64,000 nucleotides of DNA from Candidatus Bathyarchaeota archaeon (GTDB lineage Archaea > Thermoproteota > Bathyarchaeia > Bathyarchaeales > WUQV01). The stretch is from positions 3,827 to 67,826 of the forward strand of contig JAGGVF010000008.1 of NCBI GenBank assembly GCA_021158125.1, given 5' to 3'. The position numbers and the translations under genes are program-made. Positions 1 to 8,935 of this stretch are shown in pieces (the first letter of the stretch is position 1; each line of letters opens with the position of its first letter). The notes under the pieces were generated by a model, which searched no databases, was not told where the DNA came from, and saw only the letters and a list, made by a program, of their open reading frames with translations.

Positions 1-1
1 C

Positions 2-2593
2 CAAACTGTTCAAACTAAAAAAGAAAAAACTTTTCCGCCAGAAACCCCTGAAAATCTTCCCCCTTCCTACTTCGTTTCAATTTTTTATGACGGAAAAAGA
101 AAAAGTGCGTGTATAAAACTTTACGAACCGTCTTCTAGGCGAATTTATTTCTGGTACGATAACACTGGGCATAAACCCTACTGCTTCACCAACCTGTCTC
201 CTCTAAAACTTGACAAAATTGAGAAGTTAAAACTGCACCCCGGATTTGACTATTTTGAAGTTGTAGAGAAATATGATGGCCTAAAGGATAAACCGATAAA
301 AGTAACGAAAATCGTTGCAAAGGATCCGTTAGCCATTGGTGGAAGGCCAAGGGGATGTATAAGGGACATTATACCTGAAGAATACCCGAAGGTTGCAGTT
401 GGTGTCCAAGAGCCGGAAGTGAAGGTTTGGGAAGCCAGAATCAAATATTACGAATCTTACATTTACGATAGGGAACTCTACCCCGGAATGCTGTATAAGA
501 TTGAAAATGGAAATCTAAAGCCAGTTATTGACAAGCAAGCTGAAGAAATGATTCAGAGTCTCCTAGACTTATTTAAGGGTGAAACCTCCGAGGAGCTTGA
601 GTATGTTGAACGTTGGGCTAGACTTTTAGAGTACCCAGCAGCGAAGTTTAGACGTGTAGCACTCGACATAGAAGTTTTGTCTCCAATCCCCACAAGAGTC
701 CCAGACCCTAGGGAGGCAGCCTACCCAGTCATTTGCGTTTCCCTTGTTGATTCAGATGGAAATAAACGTGTTTTACTCTACAAACGTGAAGGAGTAAAAG
801 AGGGAGTTCCAAAACTGCCGCCAGAAGTGAAAATTGAATATTTCAATTCTGAAGAGCAACTTATCAGAGCAGTGTTTGATGTTCTTTGGGAATACCCGTT
901 CGTAATAACTTTTAACGGCGACGACTTCGACCTAAGATATTTGCTTCACAGAGCAGAAAACTTCGGAATCAAAAGGGACGAAATCCCAATAGAACTTGGA
1001 AGAAGAGTGTGCACATTAAAGTATGGAGTTCACATAGACCTCTACAAGTTCTTCTTCAACCGCTCAATCCAAGTATACGCCTTTGGAAACAGCTACCGAG
1101 ACGTAACTCTAGACGAGGTGGCGGAAGCCCTAATTGGAAGAAAGAAGATTCCATTAGAAAAGCCCCTATCAGAACTAACCTATATGGAACTAGCTGAATA
1201 CTGCCTAAGAGATGCTGAAATAACCTATGAACTAACAAGTTTCAACGACGACCTCGTCATGAAGCTAATCCTAGTTCTCAGCAGAATAAGTAAAATGCCG
1301 ATGGAAGATGTAAGCCGTCAAGGAGTTTCAAGATGGATAAGAAGCTTCCTCTACCATGAACATAGAAGAAGAAACATGCTGATTCCAAACACTGAAGACA
1401 TACTTGCAATGAAGGGAAAAACAGCTACTAAGGCAATAATTAAAGGAAAGAAGTATAAAGGCGCCATAGTAGTTGAACCAGTTCCAGGCGTACACTTTAA
1501 CGTCGCAGTCTTAGACTTCGCAAGTCTATATCCATCCATAATAAAAGTTTGGAATTTAGGGTATCAATCAGTTTTATGTCCGCATCCAGAATGCAGAGAC
1601 AACTTAATCCCAGACACGCCACATTGGGTTTGCAAGAAAAAACGGGCGCTTGAAAGCCTAATAATAGGGGCATTAAGAGACTTAAGAGTAAAATGGTACA
1701 AGCCAAAATCGAAGGATAAAACGTTACCAGCCGACGTCAGAAACTGGTACAGCGTAATTCAAAGCGCTTTAAAAGTCATTTTAAACGCAAGCTACGGAGT
1801 CTTCGGAGCTGAAAGCTTCGACTTGTACTGCCCTCCAGTAGCTGAGGCAACAGCAGCCATCGGTAGACATTCGCTAACGCAAATTATTGAAAAGGCAAGG
1901 CAACTCGGCATAGAAGTTGTCTACGGAGACACAGACAGCGTCTTCCTAAAAAACCCAACTGAAGAGCAAATTCAAGAACTCATCACTTGGTCAGAGAAAG
2001 AACTGAAAATGGGCTTAGACGTAGACAAAATGTACCGCTACGCAGTTTTCAGCTCACGAAAAAAGAATTACCTAGGAGTAATGCCCGACGGAAGGGTAGA
2101 CGTTAAAGGATTAACAGGCAAGAAGAGGCATATACCACTCATAATAAAGAAAGCCTTCGACCAAATGAAAGAAACACTCGCAAAAGTTAAAAGCCCAGCA
2201 GACTTCGAAGAAGCAAAAAAGGAAATTAGAAAAATAGTTTTAGACTGCTACTTGAAACTTAAGCAAAGAAAATGGGAAAAACTTGAAGATTTAGCCTTCC
2301 ACGTTGTCCTTGGAGAAACACCGAAAAACTACGTTAAAACTACACCTCAACACGTAAAGGCTGCAAGACTACTAGAAGAAAGGGGAATGGAACTGAAAGC
2401 CGGAGACCTAATAAGTTTCGTCAAAGTAGTCAAAGAACCACATGTCAAGCCTGTTCAGTTGGCAACCAGCAACGAAATAGACGTAGACAAATACATCGGA
2501 TATTTACAGTCAACCTTCGAACAGATACTAGATGCATTAGGCCTAGACTTCAACGAAATAATAGGCTTAACCAAACTTGAAAGATTCATGTAA
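2..2593 (+). CDS. polB: Family B DNA polymerase; the 5' end runs off the window
   Basis: The frame is open from nt 2, well upstream of the track's GTG at 419 (..FYDGKRKSACIKLYEP..YFWYDNTGHKPYCF..). Exonuclease motifs ALDIEV, FNGDDFDLRYL, YCLRDAEITYEL. Polymerase motifs DFASLYPSI, KVILNASYGVFG, YGDTDS. Confidence 0.9.
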   Translation, partial: QTVQTKKEKTFPPETPENLPPSYFVSIFYDGKRKSACIKLYEPSSRRIYFWYDNTGHKPYCFTNLSPLKLDKIEKLKLHPGFDYFEVVEKYDGLKDKPIKVTKIVAKDPLAIGGRPRGCIRDIIPEEYPKVAVGVQEPEVKVWEARIKYYESYIYDRELYPGMLYKIENGNLKPVIDKQAEEMIQSLLDLFKGETSEELEYVERWARLLEYPAAKFRRVALDIEVLSPIPTRVPDPREAAYPVICVSLVDSDGNKRVLLYKREGVKEGVPKLPPEVKIEYFNSEEQLIRAVFDVLWEYPFVITFNGDDFDLRYLLHRAENFGIKRDEIPIELGRRVCTLKYGVHIDLYKFFFNRSIQVYAFGNSYRDVTLDEVAEALIGRKKIPLEKPLSELTYMELAEYCLRDAEITYELTSFNDDLVMKLILVLSRISKMPMEDVSRQGVSRWIRSFLYHEHRRRNMLIPNTEDILAMKGKTATKAIIKGKKYKGAIVVEPVPGVHFNVAVLDFASLYPSIIKVWNLGYQSVLCPHPECRDNLIPDTPHWVCKKKRALESLIIGALRDLRVKWYKPKSKDKTLPADVRNWYSVIQSALKVILNASYGVFGAESFDLYCPPVAEATAAIGRHSLTQIIEKARQLGIEVVYGDTDSVFLKNPTEEQIQELITWSEKELKMGLDVDKMYRYAVFSSRKKNYLGVMPDGRVDVKGLTGKKRHIPLIIKKAFDQMKETLAKVKSPADFEEAKKEIRKIVLDCYLKLKQRKWEKLEDLAFHVVLGETPKNYVKTTPQHVKAARLLEERGMELKAGDLISFVKVVKEPHVKPVQLATSNEIDVDKYIGYLQSTFEQILDALGLDFNEIIGLTKLERFM

Positions 2594-2611
2594 CCTTTTA
2601 TTGTCCAAGAG

Positions 2612-3040
2612 CTAAGCTATACCAGCTTTCTTTAAAGCTTGAATCAAAGGAAAGCCAATTCCGCAAATGCTTATCGTAGACCCGATTCCCACTCCAATCC
2701 ACCATAGCCAAACTTCCATCTGAGTTAAAATTGCCAAGTAAGTCCCAACAACGAACGTTACAGTTACAGCAGCCGCAATGCATCCCAGCAGTTCTCGACC
2801 AACTGCATTCCTTCTTGAAGCAGCAATTTTCCACGCAAGAAAACTTGCAACAAAATTGGCTAATGACCCAAAGGTTATATCCGCAATAACGCTTGGCATA
2901 GGACTCAGAACATTTGAAATGGCACAGCCCGCCGAAACGCCCACTACTGCTGGCCACCCAAACAGTATAGACAAAGGAATTAAGGCGTCTGCCACTCGGA
3001 CCTGCGTAAGCTCAAAGCTAATCGGAGCCAAAAACACCAC
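2612..3040 (-). CDS. queT: QueT-family (queuosine/archaeosine precursor) transporter; the true N-terminus probably extends to about 3097
   Basis: Small polytopic membrane protein with the QueT-like pattern APISF..TQVRVADALIPL..G..ISN..D..FGSLANF. The in-frame upstream codons encode a matching first TM helix (NIGSRDVALTIVFAGLYAVL) but contain no ATG/GTG/TTG. Confidence 0.6.
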   Translation of the reverse strand: MVFLAPISFELTQVRVADALIPLSILFGWPAVVGVSAGCAISNVLSPMPSVIADITFGSLANFVASFLAWKIAASRRNAVGRELLGCIAAAVTVTFVVGTYLAILTQMEVWLWWIGVGIGSTISICGIGFPLIQALKKAGIA

Positions 3041-3101
3041 TAAAACAGCGTAAAGCCCAGCGAAAACAATTGTTAAGGCAACATCCCTACTTCCAATATT
3101 T

Positions 3102-3160
3102 TCACCTCCCTACACCGGGGTTTATATGGCGGAACGGGTGGGAGGCCCCACTCACCCGCC
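3102..3160 (-). promoter_or_regulatory. GC-rich structured 5' leader of queT with an anti-SD segment (candidate cis-regulatory RNA)
   Basis: Minus strand reads GGCGGGTGAGTGGGGCCTCCCACCCGTTCCGCC, a nested hairpin, then ATATAAACCCCGGTGTA and GGGAGGTGA (the SD). CCTCCC in the hairpin is complementary to the GGGAGG of the SD. Confidence 0.3.
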
Positions 3161-3263
3161 AACAACAGCAACTCAACTCCCAAACTATTAAATTTTTCCA
3201 AAAACATCAACAACACTTATTTAGTTTTTCACAAAAGAATACAGAAAAGCGAGGCTGAACCAG

Positions 3264-4931
3264 TTGATGAACAAAAAGGCAATTTCCTCTCTTGCACTTA
3301 TAATCCTCATGCTAGTTTCCGCAGTTATAGGCGGAATAATCGCATACATGCTAACAATAGCACCTTATGTTGAAATGGAATATGCCATTCCATCTGGCAA
3401 GACGACGCTGGTTATAACTGATGTATACTTTAACCCCGAAGATGCAAGGGCATTTATCATTAACGTTATGAACCCATCTTATTCCGTTTCAAATGCAACC
3501 ATCACCAAGATAGCAATCAACGTTAAAAACGAGTCGACATTATACGATGTAGTTGAAACAGAGCCAAGTTTACTTACCGGAATCACCGTTGCTAAGGGAA
3601 AATCTGTCAACATAACATGTTTAAAAGTTCAGTATAAAGGCGCTGAGATAAGCTGGGGAAGATTCGTTGGAGAATTTGCAGGAAGAACCATAGTTATACA
3701 TGTTTTTTCACCGAACGCCTCTGCAGCAAACAAAGAGTTCACCCTCCCAAATGCAAAACTTGAAATAAAACCAACTTTTGACCCAACAGTATCATTTTCA
3801 AAATTCAACCTAACAGTTAAAAATTCTGGATCAGAAAATTTAACAATAACCAACATACTTTTTGAATATTCCCTTATACCTACTGAAAAAATAACCCCGG
3901 ACATTTCTGAAGGCCTAACACTACCAGCTGGGGAAACCGTAGAATTCACCTGCAAAATAAACTGGCAAGGAAGAATAGAAGCTCCAGTAATCGTAAAGAC
4001 AAGAGAAGGCTACGAATTTGTTAAAAAAGAAAAAATTCCAGACGTTTTTATGTCAATCAGCGACGTAATCTTTAATGAAAATGAAACTGAAAGTTTTGAA
4101 GTAACATTAAATATAGACGCATATAGAATAGAATACGGCTATGTTAACGTAACTTCTGTAGTTTTAACATTAGATAATGGAACAGAAAAAACAATTCCGA
4201 TTTCCTTAAGCGTAGAGTACAACTCAAGCTTAACATTCGAAGTCCCATGGGAATGGAAAGAATACAGAGGAAGAAAACTCGATTTAATAGTTCAAACTTT
4301 ACAAGGGCCTACAGCGTCCAGAGAGAACATATACACCCCTGAATTAGTAATTCTCAAAGTTTTAAACAAAAATGAAGCTTTCAATCTAAAAGATAAACAA
4401 CATTTTAACATTACGCTGCAAAATCATCCGTCATCACTTGAAACAGTTAACATAACAAAAATAGTTATTGAAGAAAAAGGCGTTACCATATTCACAAACT
4501 GTACATTAAAACCTGGGCAATCAGCTTCGCTCTATTGCACCTACAATTGGGTAGAACACGCTGGACAGAATCTCACCTTAACTATATATACAAATGCAAC
4601 ATCGCAACCATTCAGCTTCATTTTTCCTATACCAGCTGCAGAACTAAACATAACCAATGTAAAACGTGTTCTAATCAATGGAAACACATATTTGAACATA
4701 ACAATTCAAAACATGAACTACTCAATATGGAACCTAACCATTTCAAAAGTAGTAGTAACCTTCGAAAATCAAACAAAAATATTTGAACAAAATTTTGCAA
4801 ATCAAATAACAGTGGAAATCGGTCAGCAAAGATTTTTGATATGCTCTGTAGATCCTTTAGATGAATACGTTACCATACTTGTAGAAACAGAAGAAGGAAT
4901 CAAAGCCTCATGGAGCGGAATTGTAAGCTAG
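3264..4931 (+). CDS. Extracellular repeat glycoprotein with an archaeal class III (type IV pilin-like) signal peptide
   Basis: N-terminus MMNKKA/ISSLALIILMLVSAVIGG resembles prepilin-type signals. Five tandem modules of about 100 aa each. About 20 N-x-S/T sequons counted by eye. ATG at 3267 is an alternative start. Confidence 0.6.
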   Translation: MMNKKAISSLALIILMLVSAVIGGIIAYMLTIAPYVEMEYAIPSGKTTLVITDVYFNPEDARAFIINVMNPSYSVSNATITKIAINVKNESTLYDVVETEPSLLTGITVAKGKSVNITCLKVQYKGAEISWGRFVGEFAGRTIVIHVFSPNASAANKEFTLPNAKLEIKPTFDPTVSFSKFNLTVKNSGSENLTITNILFEYSLIPTEKITPDISEGLTLPAGETVEFTCKINWQGRIEAPVIVKTREGYEFVKKEKIPDVFMSISDVIFNENETESFEVTLNIDAYRIEYGYVNVTSVVLTLDNGTEKTIPISLSVEYNSSLTFEVPWEWKEYRGRKLDLIVQTLQGPTASRENIYTPELVILKVLNKNEAFNLKDKQHFNITLQNHPSSLETVNITKIVIEEKGVTIFTNCTLKPGQSASLYCTYNWVEHAGQNLTLTIYTNATSQPFSFIFPIPAAELNITNVKRVLINGNTYLNITIQNMNYSIWNLTISKVVVTFENQTKIFEQNFANQITVEIGQQRFLICSVDPLDEYVTILVETEEGIKASWSGIVS

Positions 4932-5548
4932 TAGAAAAATTGAACAAAGCTCCTCAGTCTAAGTGGAACCCCTAAAGATTCAGCAAGTTTTTCCATTTCT
5001 CTTAAATTTAGTTCCGGAATTTTTACCGCAGTCACTTCTACTTTAAGCAGTTTTTTCGCGTTTTCTATAAATTGCAAGGTTTCATTGAAGGCATTACTAA
5101 AAATTGGCCTACAAACTTCGTTATAGACTTCTTCATTTGGAGCATTTAAACTAACGCTGACATGAGTAACTCCAGCATTTCGCATTTCCTCGACAACTTT
5201 ACGGTTCGGGTTTAGAAGATAACCATGCCCATTTGTGTCAACTCTTATTGGCACGGCATAACATTTTGTTATCCATTCGGCGACTTCTAATAGACAGTTA
5301 AAATTGGCAGTTGGTTCTCCGAAACCACAGAAGACTATTTCTTTCCAGTGTTTTACATTTATGTAATTAATAAGCTGTTTAATAACATCCTTTGAATATG
5401 GTTCATAATTAAGTCTGAGCTTAAACCCGGCTATCCCGTCCACGAAGTTTCTTAAGCAGAAATAACAGTTGTTTGAACACTTGTTCGTTATGTTTAGGTA
5501 TAAGCTTTCTCCTAGCCAGTAAACTAGAGCAGGCTTAACTTTTCTCAT
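4928..5548 (-). CDS. Radical SAM protein (resembles the TatD-associated radical SAM family)
   Basis: LYLNITNKCSNNCYFC carries the CxxxCxxC cluster motif near the N-terminus. Size about 200 aa. The 3' end overlaps the convergent gene by 4 nt. Confidence 0.75.
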   Translation of the reverse strand: MRKVKPALVYWLGESLYLNITNKCSNNCYFCLRNFVDGIAGFKLRLNYEPYSKDVIKQLINYINVKHWKEIVFCGFGEPTANFNCLLEVAEWITKCYAVPIRVDTNGHGYLLNPNRKVVEEMRNAGVTHVSVSLNAPNEEVYNEVCRPIFSNAFNETLQFIENAKKLLKVEVTAVKIPELNLREMEKLAESLGVPLRLRSFVQFFY

Positions 5549-5667
5549 AACAATAACAAACTATGGTTAAACGCCTTTTTAACTGATTGGTAAAGCAAAA
5601 TTAGCCAAATATTCGTAAAAACCCATAAAATTTAATACATGTCAAGACAGTTTTCTTTTGATTTCAT

Positions 5668-6039
5668 ATGTCCCTCCGTGATTATCTTCATGAAAAAGCT
5701 GAAGAATCAAGACACAACGAGACTATAGGCTACTTAATAGCAATAATGGGTTCAATCTTCATGATAGGCGGCATCTTGGAGACCTTAATAGCCGTAGAAA
5801 AGCCTCACAGCTGGTTCCTATTCTTTCCATATAACAGTGAAAAGTTTATGGGAGACCCCTACAGCCTCTTAGGTTTATCACTAGACCTAGTAGGCCTAGT
5901 GCTTTTAGCCTTAGGAATAATACTCTGCGTACATTATGCTCTAGAAAGAGCATGGTATATGAATGAACTCCGTAAAACTCAATCAGCCGAAGAAGAGAAA
6001 ATGTTTAAAAGAAAAAGAAAGAAACTAAAGATTAAGTGA
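5668..6039 (+). CDS. Hypothetical small membrane protein (2 TM, Lys-rich tail)
   Basis: Two hydrophobic helices (IGYLIAIMGSIFMIGGILETLIAV and LLGLSLDLVGLVLLALGIILCV) and a basic C-terminus. No family recognised. Confidence 0.45.
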   Translation: MSLRDYLHEKAEESRHNETIGYLIAIMGSIFMIGGILETLIAVEKPHSWFLFFPYNSEKFMGDPYSLLGLSLDLVGLVLLALGIILCVHYALERAWYMNELRKTQSAEEEKMFKRKRKKLKIK

Positions 6040-6919
6040 CCCTATCTTTACTCATCACTGCCGACTCAATTTGTTCTTCAAGCCAGCCTAGGCCTAAGAA
6101 AAGCTTTCGCCTAACTCTTCTAAAGGCTAAACGTCTAATTTTACGAATAAATGATATAATATCGGAAAAATATGCAGTAATTTCCCTTGTCTTGAAGTTT
6201 CCCATTATTTCTTCAACTTTCTTTTCGATTTCCTTGAACAACACTACTTTTTCCATGTCGTTCTTTAGATTTTCTATCCATTCCAAAAAATTCTTCTGCA
6301 AATTTTCTTCAAATCTTCCTTGCAGATTAATCCCATTTAACGTACTCCTTTTGTTTATGATTAAATGATTATTTTTAATCAGAGTGTAAACAACGTATCC
6401 TCTTACTATCCGTTCAATTATCTCTACGCTGTCGTTTGGAAGTACTTCAACTTCTAAACTTTCAACTGTTAACTTTTCAGATGGAACAGAAAAAAGCGGA
6501 AACAACCGGGAATTAGCTGAAATTTCTAAATTAAAGGGCGTTATAGTTCCGCATTTCTTGCATTTTCCCTCAATTCTAGTTGTGGCGGCTTGTTTGATTT
6601 GCAGCTCCTTACCAGTAAAAACCAGATATTTTGCCTTTAATTCAGCCTTTTTAAATAAGAAAGATATCAAATCACGCTTTGACTTAATCAATTTGTTAAG
6701 TTCCTTAAGATAAGTTGCTCCCCTTACAACTTGGCTCCAAATGTCTCCTCCTCCAAACTCATAGGGCAAATCTTCGAACTTAATATAATTTTTTCCATTA
6801 CATTTTGGGCAAATCCACTCGATTTTCCGTCCTCTTGCTTTAATTCGAACTTTTCCTAATAGGCGATAATCCGCCGGCAAAACTTGAAGCATGCAATTTT
6901 GAAAGTTGAAACTTGCCAT
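6032..6919 (-). CDS. Hypothetical protein with two CxxC pairs (possible zinc ribbon)
   Basis: 295-aa ORF with CPKCNGKNY and CKKCGTI about 85 residues apart and a helical Lys/Glu-rich C-terminal half. No family recognised. Confidence 0.5.
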   Translation of the reverse strand: MASFNFQNCMLQVLPADYRLLGKVRIKARGRKIEWICPKCNGKNYIKFEDLPYEFGGGDIWSQVVRGATYLKELNKLIKSKRDLISFLFKKAELKAKYLVFTGKELQIKQAATTRIEGKCKKCGTITPFNLEISANSRLFPLFSVPSEKLTVESLEVEVLPNDSVEIIERIVRGYVVYTLIKNNHLIINKRSTLNGINLQGRFEENLQKNFLEWIENLKNDMEKVVLFKEIEKKVEEIMGNFKTREITAYFSDIISFIRKIRRLAFRRVRRKLFLGLGWLEEQIESAVMSKDRVT

Positions 6920-7098
6920 TTATCCACCTTTGCCTAACTATTTATTGAAACTCGCTATTCCAAAATAAATCTAATTTAATAAATTCAAGGAATTATTGAA
7001 AATTGGGGAGAAATTATGAATGGATGCAAAGATATGATTGAAAAGGTTAAAATAAGTTTAGAAGTTTCTTTTAAAGATCAGTTAAATGTGGCCTCAGT

Positions 7099-8049
7099 GT
7101 GGAGATCAAATTGTCTAAAGCCTTAGTAACTGGCGGGGCAGGTTTTATTGGAAGCCATCTCGTGGATAAATTAATGGAAAAAGGGTTTGAAGTTGTTGTT
7201 TTGGATAATTTTTCCACTGGTAATTTAGAAAATTTACGTTTACATGTAGGGAAAGAAAATTTCCGCATAATAAGGGGAGATATTCGAAACAAAGCGGATG
7301 TTAAAAAAGCTGTGAAAGATGTGGACTACATTTTTCATTTAGCCGCTATCATAAGCGTTGAACTGTCCATTAAAAACCCTTCGTTGGTTAATGAAGTTAA
7401 TGTCTGTGGAACTTTAAATATTTTGGAAGAAAGCCTAAAATTAAATTTAAAAAGGTTTGTATACCTATCGTCTTGCGCTGTTTACGGCAACCCCGTATAT
7501 TTACCTATTGATGAAGAACATCCAACTAGGCCGTTATCACCTTATGGTGTCAGCAAACTTACTGCTGAACATTACTGCATGGTTTTCTACAGGATTTATG
7601 GGGTTCAAACTGTTTGTTTAAGGCTTTTTAACGTTTATGGCCTCCGACAAAGCAGCGGACCTTACAGCGGAGTAATAACTAAGTTTATTGATAGGCTAAA
7701 ATGTGGAAAGTCTCCCATCATTTATGGAGATGGAGAGCAGACTAGAGACTTCATTTTTGTTGGTGATGTTGTTGATGCTTGTTTGCATGCGATAAGTTGT
7801 AGAAATTGCGTTGGTGAAGCCATTAATGTAGGTTCTGGTATGGAAACATCAATTAACGAACTTGCACGAATTATTAGCGGTCTCTTCGGAATGCGGAAGA
7901 TTAAGCCTGTCTACACTAAACCAAGGATTGGTGAGGTAAGGCGTAGCTGCGCAGATATAAGTAAGGCTGAAAAACTTCTAGGTTTAAAGCCTAAAGTTTC
8001 CTTGGAAGAAGGATTAAGAAAGCTTGTGGCTGAGGCTTGTGCGAAATGA
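7099..8049 (+). CDS. NAD-dependent nucleotide-sugar epimerase/dehydratase (SDR family)
   Basis: TGGAGFIGSHL Rossmann motif and SPYGVSKLTAEHY (YxxxK). GTG start at 7099, or TTG at 7111. Confidence 0.85.
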   Translation: MEIKLSKALVTGGAGFIGSHLVDKLMEKGFEVVVLDNFSTGNLENLRLHVGKENFRIIRGDIRNKADVKKAVKDVDYIFHLAAIISVELSIKNPSLVNEVNVCGTLNILEESLKLNLKRFVYLSSCAVYGNPVYLPIDEEHPTRPLSPYGVSKLTAEHYCMVFYRIYGVQTVCLRLFNVYGLRQSSGPYSGVITKFIDRLKCGKSPIIYGDGEQTRDFIFVGDVVDACLHAISCRNCVGEAINVGSGMETSINELARIISGLFGMRKIKPVYTKPRIGEVRRSCADISKAEKLLGLKPKVSLEEGLRKLVAEACAK

Positions 8050-8144
8050 AAATTGTAATGGTGAACGATTGCGCGCATGTAGGTGAAACGCTTATTAAGT
8101 ATTTGCCGGAAGAATTTAAATTGCAATATAAAAACCGTAATTAG
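8046..8144 (+). pseudogene. Possible truncated remnant of a glycosyltransferase N-terminus (32 codons)
   Basis: An ATG overlapping the epimerase stop (ATGA) opens MKIVMVNDCAHVGETLIKYLPEEFKLQYKNRN*. This looks like the first beta-alpha unit of a GT-B enzyme. It stops inside the 3' end of the convergent GT2 gene. Confidence 0.25.
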
Positions 8145-8935
8145 GTAATCTTCATGTTATCATTCAAGTAAAATTGTCTTTCGCCGATGGTGTTCCGTCT
8201 TGCATGCATATAACCAACAAATACCATTGGACGCAAATATACTAGGCTATGTAGAAAAACTCTCCATAATGGATCGTGCTTTATCCACCATCTAGAAACT
8301 CCTTTGGAGTAATGACGTTTTTTATCTTCCCTTGGTCTTAAATGAATGTTATTTGTTCTGATAAACTTTGTTTTGTACTTTTTAGAGATCATAATGTGAA
8401 TATAAGTATCCTCAGCAGAATGTATCTGTTTCATAAACTTTTCATTTATAGTTTCATGTAATGCCTTTTTTGAAAAAGCGTAGGTGCCAGCAAACCCGAT
8501 CGTTGGTATTATTGCAGAAATAAGATTTGATACAAAGTTTTGAAAGGTAAACGGATATTCCTTGCGACTAAAGCTTATTAATCCAATATTGTTTTTTCCT
8601 ATTAACTTAAGATAATCTTTGATTTTAGGGTCAAGTATAATGTCTGCATCGGTGTTTAAGATTATATCGTTGCTGGCCAATTTGAAGGCATACATCCTTA
8701 GAAAAGCTATTCTGGAAGCCCATTCTGGACTGGGGTTATTAACTTCGATGAATTTAATAACACCTTTATAGTTAATATGCTCACTTATTTTTCGAGAAAT
8801 AGGTATACTTTTGTCTGTACACCTATCAAAAATAAGAATCACTTCATTCGGATCTAATCTAAAAATAGATGGTAAGGTATAGGGAAGAAATTTTTCTTCA
8901 TTATGAATAGGCACTGCAACGCTAAATCTTACCAA
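8141..8935 (-). CDS. Glycosyltransferase family 2
   Basis: N-terminal VAVPIHNEEKFLPYTLPSI and the DxD-type NTDADIILD motif. Confidence 0.8.
   Translation of the reverse strand: MVRFSVAVPIHNEEKFLPYTLPSIFRLDPNEVILIFDRCTDKSIPISRKISEHINYKGVIKFIEVNNPSPEWASRIAFLRMYAFKLASNDIILNTDADIILDPKIKDYLKLIGKNNIGLISFSRKEYPFTFQNFVSNLISAIIPTIGFAGTYAFSKKALHETINEKFMKQIHSAEDTYIHIMISKKYKTKFIRTNNIHLRPREDKKRHYSKGVSRWWIKHDPLWRVFLHSLVYLRPMVFVGYMHARRNTIGERQFYLNDNMKIT

Noticed and set aside
2598-3053. Cys-rich 119-aa (-) and 91-aa (+) ORFs overlapping queT
   Set aside because: These are alternative-frame or antisense shadows of a convincing QueT-family membrane protein. They have odd composition and no start context.
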